Shown: positions 46,343-54,618 of the stretch, one piece after another
How positions within the stretch are numbered: the stretch's first letter is position 1
Layout of the letters: the number at the start of each line of letters is the position of its first letter
Source: Deltaproteobacteria bacterium
GTDB lineage: Bacteria > Myxococcota > Kuafuiibacteriia > Kuafuiibacteriales > Kuafuiibacteriaceae
NCBI GenBank assembly: GCA_040218735.1
Contig: JAVJQW010000023.1
Coordinates: 672,001 to 736,000, forward strand
Length of the DNA: 64,000 nucleotides
Direction of reading: 5' to 3'
Notes under the pieces: model-generated
What the model was told of the DNA's origin: nothing
The model's input: only the letters and a program-made list of their open reading frames with translations
Database searches by the model: none
Position numbers and translations under genes: made by a program

Positions 46343-47263
46343 CTACCCCTTGAGGTGCGTGATCAATCGTTCGAGCTCTTCCACCGAAGTGAAGTCGATC
46401 TCGATCTTGCCCCGCCGCCCCTGCGGCAGGATTCGAACTTTGGTCCCGAGCGAGCGACGGAGATCTTCCATCACCCGCTTCACCGCCGGCTCGCCGCCGG
46501 GCATGTGCGCGTAGCTGTCCGTGCCCGGACCCTTGTCGCCGCCGTCCTCCGCGGCCTCCTTGCGCGCTGCGCGCACCAGGCGCTCGACCTCGCGGACCGA
46601 GAGGCCCTTCTTCACGACGTCGCGCCCCATCTTCACCATCGCTTCGGGCGAATCGAGCGACAGCAAGCTCCGCGCGTGGCCCATCGACAGCGCGCCCGCG
46701 ATGACCTGGCGGCGCACCTCGTCCGGGAGGCGGAGGAGGCGTAGCGCGTTGGCGATCGTCGAACGATCCTTGCTCACGCGCACCGCGAGCTTCTCCTGCG
46801 TCATGCCCGACGCGTCGAGCAGACGCTTGTACGCCTCGGCCTCTTCGATCGGGTTGAGATCCTCGCGCTGGATGTTCTCGATCAGCGCCCACTCGAAGAC
46901 CTCGGCGTCCGCGAGGTCCTTCACGATCACGTCGATCGTCTTGAGCCCGGCGCGCTGACACGCACGCCAACGACGCTCACCCGCGATGATCTCGAACGCC
47001 GCGCCGCGCTTGCGCACGAGCACGGGCTGCATCAGTCCGTGTTCGCGGATCGACTCCGCGAGCTCCTCGAGTGCGGTGTCGTCGAACGTCTTGCGCGGCT
47101 GATTGCGGTTCGGCCGCACGTCCTCGATCGGCACGTTGGCCACACCGCGCTTCTCAGCCGCCGGCGCTGCCGACTCGACGGTGGTGGTCGCCGCTTTCTT
47201 CTGAGGGATCAGAGCGCCGAGCCCTTTGCCGAGGGCCTGTCGCTTTTGCGCCGGAGGAGACAT
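46343..47263 (-). CDS. parB: chromosome partitioning protein ParB/Spo0J
   Basis: ALGKGLGALIP, QPRKTF, LAESIREHGLMQP, IIAGERRWRA, ALIENIQREDLNPIEEA, RSTIANALRLL.LP, LSMGHAR.LL, GKIEIDF. Confidence 0.97.
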   Translation of the reverse strand: MSPPAQKRQALGKGLGALIPQKKAATTTVESAAPAAEKRGVANVPIEDVRPNRNQPRKTFDDTALEELAESIREHGLMQPVLVRKRGAAFEIIAGERRWRACQRAGLKTIDVIVKDLADAEVFEWALIENIQREDLNPIEEAEAYKRLLDASGMTQEKLAVRVSKDRSTIANALRLLRLPDEVRRQVIAGALSMGHARSLLSLDSPEAMVKMGRDVVKKGLSVREVERLVRAARKEAAEDGGDKGPGTDSYAHMPGGEPAVKRVMEDLRRSLGTKVRILPQGRRGKIEIDFTSVEELERLITHLKG

Positions 47264-47337
47264 GAGGGGCGAACGAACCTAACCAATCCCTCGCCACTCG
47301 GGAAGGGCATACTCGATTACGAAACGGATGCGCGGAT

Positions 47338-48009
47338 TCAAGACTCGGATGCGAGTCGCTTGCGGCAGTTGGCGCAGAAGGACGAGCCCTTCTTGTCGGT
47401 GTCCTGAATCGTCGCGGAGTAGAACATCACGCAACGGTTGTTCGGGCACTGCGCGAGGCCACGGATCAAACCGATCTGGTGGATCGCCTCGGCGATCAAC
47501 CGCTTGACGAGCAGCTCACGTCGCGCTTCGGCGGTGCCGGACTCCGGCTTGAGGCGCGTGAGGCTGATGATCGCGGAGCGGGTGCTGCGATCTGCCTCAC
47601 CGAAGATGAACGGGACCTCCGGTACGAAGAGGTCGACGTCGACGAGCCCGATTGCGGCGTCCCACGCCGAATCACGGAGCGTCTCGACGCGCTTGAGAAT
47701 CGCCGCGGAGTGATACTGCGCGCGGGTGGGGTTGTACGCATACTTCGGCACCGGCAGCGGCTTGTGTATCGCCGTGGAACGCCGAAACGTCTCCTCGACG
47801 ATCGGCCGAATCGCCTCGAACAGCGACTCGTCGACCTTGCCGACCGGGATCATCACGACGGGTGCGTCGGCGCCGGGTTTGATCTCGTCCTCGTCCTGCG
47901 GCTCGGGTGGGAGCGGCTCCGCGGGGAGATCTCCCGAGAGGTCTTCGGGGGCATCCACACCAGGGAACTGCCGCCTGCGGGAGCGTTTTTGCGCGGAGGA
48001 CTGCTTCAT
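47338..48009 (-). CDS. archaemetzincin-like protein lacking the catalytic zinc motif
   Basis: AYNP.R.QY, DVDLF.P...FIFGEA, ISL.RL, EAIHQIGLIRGLAQC....CVM.YS..D.D.K...FC..C. Start trimmed to ATG 48009. Confidence 0.82.
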   Translation of the reverse strand: MKQSSAQKRSRRRQFPGVDAPEDLSGDLPAEPLPPEPQDEDEIKPGADAPVVMIPVGKVDESLFEAIRPIVEETFRRSTAIHKPLPVPKYAYNPTRAQYHSAAILKRVETLRDSAWDAAIGLVDVDLFVPEVPFIFGEADRSTRSAIISLTRLKPESGTAEARRELLVKRLIAEAIHQIGLIRGLAQCPNNRCVMFYSATIQDTDKKGSSFCANCRKRLASES

Positions 48010-48093
48010 GCGCGCGCAGGATGCTGGCAGCCGGTCGCCCCTCTGGCAACAACAAATGACTCGGGCTAACCTCGATGGGACCACCTTCGCGCG

Positions 48094-49152
48094 ATGCTCC
48101 CGGGCTTCAATCACAACATTCGGTACAAGGACCGCGTCTTCCACGTCCAAACCGAGGACAACGGGCTGAAGCAGCCTCGCCTCATCACGCAGGTCTTCGT
48201 GGACGGGCACATCCTGGCCATCGAGAAGTCGGAGTACGCCGACATCCTCGCGCGTTGCGGCGACGACGAGGAGAACCGGGACCAGCAGATCCGCGTGAAG
48301 ATGCAGGATCAGCACAAACAGCTCCTGAAGAACCTCGTCGCGGGCGCGTACGACGACAAGATCGAGATCTACCTGGGCGGCGAGCCCACGATCATCCCGC
48401 ACCACCCGGACGTCCCGACCCGCGCGATCCAGGAGGCCGAGGCCCTCCCGAGCGCCCCGATGCACCCGGAGGGGCTCACGCAGGAGCTCGAGGCCATCAT
48501 CATCGAGGCCCCCGAAGAGATCTCGCCGGAGAGCCTCCTCGACCCCGACTTCCTCGAAGAGATCGGCGCGGCCGTCGAGGCCGAGACCCGGCGCGACGCC
48601 CCCGAGCGCCCGCCCACCCCGATCAGCAGCCTCTCGGGGAGCCCGCTCGCGGACCCCGATCAGACCGGCGACTTCCTGGACGTCCTCGACCAGGAGATGA
48701 AGAAGCAGCTCCCGTTCGAGCCGCGGAAGCGCCCGCCCGACGACGAAGCCCCGACGACGCGACCGCAACGCGTCGTGGGCCGTCCGCTCCACCCGCCGCG
48801 CCGGCGCAACGAACCGACGAGTGCCGACACCGTCGTGGACTTCGGCCTGCCCGCCGCCCTGCGCGACACCCTCGAACGTCCCGGCCCCAAACCGAGCCCG
48901 CGCAGCGACAACGAGACCCTCCTCGACATGGAGCTGCGCAACGTCGCCGCGAAGCTGCGGCCGGTGCAGATGCGCATCGACGACGACACCGCCCTCGAGA
49001 CGGACGCCGCCGAGCTGCAACGCGACGTCGCCGCACAACGCAACCGCCTCCGCGCGCCCGAGGACACGCCGACCGAAGAGGAGGTCGTCGTCAGCGAGCG
49101 CTCGCTCGACGAAGTGATCCTCAGCTACCTGTCCGACGATCCGGAGCAGTGA
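48094..49152 (+). CDS. hypothetical protein with globular N-terminal domain, long acidic/Pro-rich linker and short C-terminal helix
   Basis: N-terminal GFNHNIRYKDRVFHVQTED.G..ITQVF.DG.IL..M..QHK.LLK.L..G.YD; C-terminal ERSLDEVILSYL; GC3-rich frame. Confidence 0.8.
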   Translation: MLPGFNHNIRYKDRVFHVQTEDNGLKQPRLITQVFVDGHILAIEKSEYADILARCGDDEENRDQQIRVKMQDQHKQLLKNLVAGAYDDKIEIYLGGEPTIIPHHPDVPTRAIQEAEALPSAPMHPEGLTQELEAIIIEAPEEISPESLLDPDFLEEIGAAVEAETRRDAPERPPTPISSLSGSPLADPDQTGDFLDVLDQEMKKQLPFEPRKRPPDDEAPTTRPQRVVGRPLHPPRRRNEPTSADTVVDFGLPAALRDTLERPGPKPSPRSDNETLLDMELRNVAAKLRPVQMRIDDDTALETDAAELQRDVAAQRNRLRAPEDTPTEEEVVVSERSLDEVILSYLSDDPEQ

Positions 49153-50284
49153 GCCGCGCTTCGAGGTGATCGTGCCAGGCGCCGAGCGCGCCTTCGAAGG
49201 TCGCGAAGCGGAGGTGCGTGTTCGCGGGTGTGGCGAGGCCGCGTTGGATTTGTTCGGCGAGGCGGAAGTCTTCTTCGAGCGTCTTCAGCGTGAAGGTGTG
49301 GTTCGCTTCGAGGAACGCGCGAACCTTCTCGCCGGCGGCGCCTTCCGGCACCGGGCGACCGACCGTCGCGATGTCGATCTGCGTGGCGTCGATATCGACC
49401 GGAGTCATCGAGATGAGCGCGTAGTGGCCGCCCTGCACGAGCGCCGTCGCGTTGGGGTTGATCGTGTAGAGGATGTTCGCGTGCTCGGCGAGGCGCCACT
49501 CGGACTCGGGGCGCTCGGCGAGGTCCGCGAGTGTCGACTTGGGGAGGACGGAGCGGAGGTGCCCGTCGTAGACCTCGTAGGTCGAGCGGGTGTCGGTGAA
49601 CAGCGAGGCGATCGTCTCGCGGTGTGCGATCTTGAAGTGGTAGGACTCGATGCCGCCCTCGACGAAGAGCTTCCAGTTCGCGCGCCACACGCGACGCTCA
49701 CGACGGTAGACCGCGTAGCCGTCGTCGAAGCCGGCGAGCTCGTCGATGAGCCGCTCGGCGCCTTCGTCGAAGCGCGGCGTCGCGTCGGGGTCGGGGCAGA
49801 CCCAGACGAACGGCCCGCGCTCGACACACGGGAGCTCCTTCAACGACGTGGCGTCGACGTCGAGCGACGGGAACCCGTCGCGGTGGCGCACGTGATCGAG
49901 GACGCCGTCGGTGCGGTAGGTCCACGCGTGGTACGGGCAGACGAAGCGCTTGCACTGTCCGTGCTCGCGGAGCTCGACCGTCGCGCCGCGGTGCCGGCAC
50001 ACGTTGAGGAACGCGCGCGCGCGGCCGGCGTCGTCGCGGACGAGGATCACCGGAGCGCCAACCACGTCCATCGTGCGGAACGCGCCGGGTGTGGCGAGCT
50101 CGCTGCGGTGCGCGACGAGGTTGTACGCGCCGCGGTGGATGCGTTCGACCTCGACGTCGTAGCGCGCGCGGTCGAGGTAGAGCTCGACGGGAACTTCGCG
50201 CTCGGCGCCGTCCGCCGGCGGACGTGCGGCGCCGACCGTCGCGAGGGATTCGCGGATCAGACGTAGCTCGGTATCCCTGTTCAT
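49121..50284 (-). CDS. Rieske-type aromatic ring-hydroxylating oxygenase alpha subunit
   Basis: Rieske CRH..CPYHAW; mononuclear Fe ANWKL..EG..ESYHF...H and EED. 3' end overlaps the convergent gene by 32 bp. Confidence 0.92.
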   Translation of the reverse strand: MNRDTELRLIRESLATVGAARPPADGAEREVPVELYLDRARYDVEVERIHRGAYNLVAHRSELATPGAFRTMDVVGAPVILVRDDAGRARAFLNVCRHRGATVELREHGQCKRFVCPYHAWTYRTDGVLDHVRHRDGFPSLDVDATSLKELPCVERGPFVWVCPDPDATPRFDEGAERLIDELAGFDDGYAVYRRERRVWRANWKLFVEGGIESYHFKIAHRETIASLFTDTRSTYEVYDGHLRSVLPKSTLADLAERPESEWRLAEHANILYTINPNATALVQGGHYALISMTPVDIDATQIDIATVGRPVPEGAAGEKVRAFLEANHTFTLKTLEEDFRLAEQIQRGLATPANTHLRFATFEGALGAWHDHLEARLTAPDRRTGS

Positions 50285-50326
50285 CGCGACCGCCCGGTCG
50301 CGGATTCGCTTTCGGTGCCCCGGATG

Positions 50327-51139
50327 TCAAGGCGACCGCGGCAGGAGCCTCCGTGACACCGGCTTCATGTCCTGCATCAGCGCCTCGCGGTGTTTGGCGA
50401 GCAGCGCCTCTGCTTTCAGACGCTGCGCGGCGCCGAGGCGGATTTTCGGCGCACCGAGCTCACCGACGATCTGCGCCTGGCGCGCGACCACCGTCGGGCC
50501 AGTGACGAACAGCGGCGCGCGCGTCGAGTTCTCGATGAACAGCAGGTTCGCGCCGATCAACTGCAACATCGTGGAGCCTTCGAAGCGCTGCCACGTGATG
50601 CCGTCCATGGTGACCGTCTCTCCGCTCGGGAGGAGCTGGAGCACCGCGTCGAGCTGTGACTGCGCGAGCCCGAGGATCAGCGCCGTCCCGTCGACGCGAT
50701 CGCCGTCGCGGACACCCATCCACACCGACGCCGTCGTCATCCCCGGCTCGGCCTGGACGAAGACAAACGCGCTGTCGTTCGCCGCGAGCTCGAGCGCCGG
50801 CTGCCGCGTCGGCGTGTGCGCGAAGTGCCGCGTCGCGGAGCTCCCCACCTGCGTGAAGGGCCCGACCGTCGACAGCGACGTGAGGTTCGGGTTCATCACG
50901 AGGTTGTCGGGCGGCGAGTCGCCCAGCAACGAGAACTCCACGAGCGTGCGCGCGGGGCCGGCGTCGACCGGCGCGCCCGCGTCGCGTTCGCCGCCGTCGC
51001 GCGCCTCGCCACCGTCACGCGGCGGCGTACCCGCGTCGTGGGCGACGCCCGCGTCACGGTCGCCGTCGAGGCCTTGAGTGTCGGCGCTGCTGCACGCGAC
51101 CGCAGCCATCATGATCAGCACAATCGATAGGCGTCGCAT
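50327..51139 (-). CDS. hypothetical lipoprotein
   Basis: MRRLSIVLIMMAAVAC lipobox; six [R/H/V]D[A/G]G repeats; TGATG overlap with the upstream gene. Confidence 0.75.
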   Translation of the reverse strand: MRRLSIVLIMMAAVACSSADTQGLDGDRDAGVAHDAGTPPRDGGEARDGGERDAGAPVDAGPARTLVEFSLLGDSPPDNLVMNPNLTSLSTVGPFTQVGSSATRHFAHTPTRQPALELAANDSAFVFVQAEPGMTTASVWMGVRDGDRVDGTALILGLAQSQLDAVLQLLPSGETVTMDGITWQRFEGSTMLQLIGANLLFIENSTRAPLFVTGPTVVARQAQIVGELGAPKIRLGAAQRLKAEALLAKHREALMQDMKPVSRRLLPRSP

Positions 51140-53337
51140 CAGTCGGCCCCTTCCAGGATCCACGCGCGGGCGCGGGCGAGGAGCGTGTCCACACCGGCGA
51201 GCGCATCACTCTGCTTCTGACGAACGACCTCGTCCGGCTCCACACCGAAGCCAGTCTCGAACGTCGTGCTCGTGTCGGTCAGGTCGGCGAGGAACACGGT
51301 GTCGTGCACCTGGAACGAGCCGCCGAACAGCTCCCCCGCGACGCGCGGCATCCGCGACAGCGGTCCGAACGCACCGTACGTCGGGACTGCACCGAAGATG
51401 CGCGTCTGTCCACCGGCGCGGCGCTTCAGTGCGTAGGGGAGGAAGTCGTTTCCGGAGACGTCGAGCCCGTTGACGATCGCGACGCGCGCCTCCGGGCGCG
51501 GCGTAGGCGCCACGCCGCCGAGCGTCATCGGAAGCACGAACGCGTTGCCGCACGACTGCCCGCCGAGGTTCTGGCAGTTCATGATCTGCTGCCGCGTCGC
51601 GTCGTCCAGCTCCGGTGCGAGGCGCGGGAGCACCATCGCGATCGGGTCTTCGTTCGCGCGCAGGAACGGCGCGAGCAGCGCGGCGACGCCCTCGAACGTT
51701 CCGCCTCCGCCGAAGCGCTCGTCGAGGATCACACCCTCGGGCACGCCGGTCAGCGCGTCGCGGACGCGGTTCATCCAGCGGTTGTCGCCGGAGACGCCGT
51801 TGATGACGATCGTACGAATCGCCTCCTCGGGATCGTCGACGTGGCCGACGAAGTCGTCGTCGCGCGGCGGGCGCGGCACCGCCTCGGTGAAGCGGTAGTC
51901 GCAGTTCATCTGCTGGAACCACCACGCAGGGCGCGCCCCCGTGAACAGGTCCGCGACGAGCGCCGCGCCGTCGATCTCGATCGTCTGGAGCTCCTCCGTC
52001 GTGCACGGCGTCGGCTGGGCGCACCGCGCGAAGGTGAGCGTCGAGCCGCCGCGGATCGCAGCCGGGAGCAGGTCCGGCGCGATGATGAACGAACGTCCGC
52101 GCTGATCACCGCCGTAGCGCAACAGGCGCTCGGCGCGCTCCGCCCAATCGTCGACCGCGATGCCGTCGATCGCGACGAGCACGTCACCCACCGCCAGCAT
52201 CTCGGAGACGGGGTGTCCCGGGAGCAGCCGCGACACCATCGGCGCGACCGGCGCGGCGGGCAGCAGATCGGCGTCGCTCTCGTACAGACACGCCGAAGCG
52301 CCGAGCCCCTGAAGGAAGCTGAGGAACGGCGTGCTGAGGTGACCGTCCGCGAGCTCGTCGTGCGCGCGTCGGAACGTCGCCCACAGCTCGGGGAGCGGGC
52401 GGTCCTTGGCGGCGTTCATCCGCGCCTCGAACGTGTCGATCTGCGCGCCGATGTACCGGCTCCCCGCGAACCGACGGAGCCGCTGCACCTGGTAGTCGAG
52501 GTACTCAGCGCGGATGCGCGCGTCGGAGGGCAGCGTCCCCTCGGCGATCGCGGCGTCCGCGCAGAAGCCGAAGAGGCAGACGCCCTCCGCGCCACACGTC
52601 GCGGCTTCGCCGGCCAGGTTACACGCGACGTCCGGCGCCGTTCGCGCTCCGACGTCGACGATCTCGAGCGCATCGATGCGGACCGACGCGCCGGGCGTGG
52701 GCGGGATGCCGAAGAACGCGTTGCCGAAGGTTCGGTCGTCGACGATCCGAAGCATCCGCGCGCGCACCGCGCCGTGCGCCGAGAAGTCGAAGGGCCCGGT
52801 GGACATCTCGACCCACCCGTCGTCCGTCGCGCGCCCCGTCGGCCAGAAGCGCACGGAGCCCACGGCGGCGAACGGCGCCTGCGGGTTGTCGAGGACCGCG
52901 CGCCCGCCGACTTCGATGAAGTAGATCTCGGCGACCGGCACGGTGCCCTCGGGGAGGTACCAGAAGCGAGCCTCGATGCGGCGGTCCCCCAACGTCGGCG
53001 CGAGGCCGTCGAGGAGGATGTCGATTCCGCCGACGTCGTCGTCGAGCAGCAGCGCGGCGTCACCTTCGATCGAATCGGCGGCGGAACCGACGAACGTCGG
53101 CGCGCGACCGAAAGCTTCGTTCAGGTTGTGGCCGAGGAGCTTGAAGTCGGGGAGCGCGTCGAGCGCGTCCGCGTCGTCGAGGCCGCTGACGAGCGCGCCT
53201 TCGAGCTCGACGCGTCCCGAGCCTGGTTGGAATCCGGCGAGCGCGGGTGATGCGAGCCACGTGAGGCTCGACACCGTTGCCACCAAGAGCGTGCGTTTGG
53301 CGATCACGTTACGTACGCAACGCAACTCGTGTGCCAC
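51139..53337 (-). CDS. secreted S41-family peptidase-like protein with PDZ-like domain
   Basis: Signal peptide; L.DGH; PDZ-like L.VGDVLVAIDG; VILDERFGGGG (cf. DLR.N.GG), SGNDF, IFG..T.GAFG, G.GVEPD..V..D. Start uncertain. Confidence 0.68.
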   Translation of the reverse strand: MAHELRCVRNVIAKRTLLVATVSSLTWLASPALAGFQPGSGRVELEGALVSGLDDADALDALPDFKLLGHNLNEAFGRAPTFVGSAADSIEGDAALLLDDDVGGIDILLDGLAPTLGDRRIEARFWYLPEGTVPVAEIYFIEVGGRAVLDNPQAPFAAVGSVRFWPTGRATDDGWVEMSTGPFDFSAHGAVRARMLRIVDDRTFGNAFFGIPPTPGASVRIDALEIVDVGARTAPDVACNLAGEAATCGAEGVCLFGFCADAAIAEGTLPSDARIRAEYLDYQVQRLRRFAGSRYIGAQIDTFEARMNAAKDRPLPELWATFRRAHDELADGHLSTPFLSFLQGLGASACLYESDADLLPAAPVAPMVSRLLPGHPVSEMLAVGDVLVAIDGIAVDDWAERAERLLRYGGDQRGRSFIIAPDLLPAAIRGGSTLTFARCAQPTPCTTEELQTIEIDGAALVADLFTGARPAWWFQQMNCDYRFTEAVPRPPRDDDFVGHVDDPEEAIRTIVINGVSGDNRWMNRVRDALTGVPEGVILDERFGGGGTFEGVAALLAPFLRANEDPIAMVLPRLAPELDDATRQQIMNCQNLGGQSCGNAFVLPMTLGGVAPTPRPEARVAIVNGLDVSGNDFLPYALKRRAGGQTRIFGAVPTYGAFGPLSRMPRVAGELFGGSFQVHDTVFLADLTDTSTTFETGFGVEPDEVVRQKQSDALAGVDTLLARARAWILEGAD

Positions 53338-53418
53338 GGAGGACGTTCGTTTTCGAACACCGACGATCGACGGGTCCGTTCGTTTGCCGAGCCGAAGCCG
53401 AGCGACGCGCAGTAGCGC

Positions 53419-54597
53419 TCAGTCAGCGGTCGTCGCGGTCTGGGTCGGGAACCCTTCGACGACCTCGCCGAGCTTCGCGTAAAGATACCGCGCGACCTGG
53501 TCGTGGCCCTTCACGTCGTAGTGACCGTCGGCGAGGTAGTACTCGGCGAGATTGCCGTCGTAGAGATCGTGGAAGAGCGGCGTCGTGTCCACGAACGGGA
53601 GCCCCGCGCGCTCCGCCGTTTGCTCGAAGCGAACGGCGTCGGCGGGGCGGTCCTTGCGCTCGCAGAAGCCGGTGCCGCTGGAGGTGCACGACGCCTCGAC
53701 GTCGCCGCTCCCGGCGAGATAGACGAGCACGCCGCGGCGGTGCTTGGCGTCGAGCTTCTTCGCCACGTCCGCGAAGAGCAGATCGGCGACGGCGAACGGG
53801 TCGTAGTGTTTGCGAACGAACACGGTGTCGAGCGCGTCGCGCACGAGCTGGTAGCTGCGGAGGCTCCGCGGGAACGCGACGAGCTTGGTGAAGAACAACC
53901 CGTCGTGCCGGTGATACTGCCCGTAGTCGGGGACGGGGACGTTCGTCAGCTTCAACGCGCCGTCGACGATGCGGAAGCGTGGCTTCGGATTGATGACGTT
54001 GCGGGCGTCCGGGATCATGCGTTGGAAGTCGGAGTCGATGAACGCGAAGATCGCGAGGTCGTGTTCGAGCGGCTCGCCGTCGCGCCCGTACCAGAGCACC
54101 GACTGATCGACGCCCGCGGCGCCGACGCCCATGTTCACGGCCTCGATGCGGGGATCGATCTTCTCGAGCAGCGGACACCACCCCTCTTCGTCGCCGACGC
54201 CCGCGCCGAACGTGAACGAGTCACCGACGCAGATGATCCGGTAGCGGTCGGGAGCCTTCTCCACCGCGACGTCGCGCAATCCGCGGAAGCCTTGTGCATT
54301 GATGTGGAGGTGTTGGTTCGGACCGTAGAACTGCTCGCCGACGTAGCCGGGCGTATACGTCCAACCTACGAGCGGATCGACGCGCACGCGGTTGTCGGTG
54401 TCGACGCTGAGGAAGCTCCACCCGCGGCGGCGGATGAAGATCGCGTGCGCCACGATCTCCAACCCGATGACGACGAAGAGCGCGACGAACACAAACGACG
54501 CGAGCTTCACCTTCCAGGACGGGGTCGTCTTGCCGTCCTCCACGCACGCGATCGATACCACCGCGGGCGCCACGCGACGACCCTCGATTGACTGCAT
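53419..54597 (-). CDS. SGNH/GDSL hydrolase family protein (membrane anchored)
   Basis: TM helix, INAQGFRG, block I VGDSFTFG.GV, block II NMGV, block V DGHY...GH..VA. Confidence 0.85.
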   Translation of the reverse strand: MQSIEGRRVAPAVVSIACVEDGKTTPSWKVKLASFVFVALFVVIGLEIVAHAIFIRRRGWSFLSVDTDNRVRVDPLVGWTYTPGYVGEQFYGPNQHLHINAQGFRGLRDVAVEKAPDRYRIICVGDSFTFGAGVGDEEGWCPLLEKIDPRIEAVNMGVGAAGVDQSVLWYGRDGEPLEHDLAIFAFIDSDFQRMIPDARNVINPKPRFRIVDGALKLTNVPVPDYGQYHRHDGLFFTKLVAFPRSLRSYQLVRDALDTVFVRKHYDPFAVADLLFADVAKKLDAKHRRGVLVYLAGSGDVEASCTSSGTGFCERKDRPADAVRFEQTAERAGLPFVDTTPLFHDLYDGNLAEYYLADGHYDVKGHDQVARYLYAKLGEVVEGFPTQTATTAD

Positions 54598-54618
54598 GGC
54601 CGCCGCCCCCTAGGTGTC

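Noticed and set aside
49121-49152. 32-bp convergent overlap between the hypothetical gene and the Rieske oxygenase
   Set aside because: Short tail-to-tail overlaps are common in GC-rich genomes; no other sign of function.
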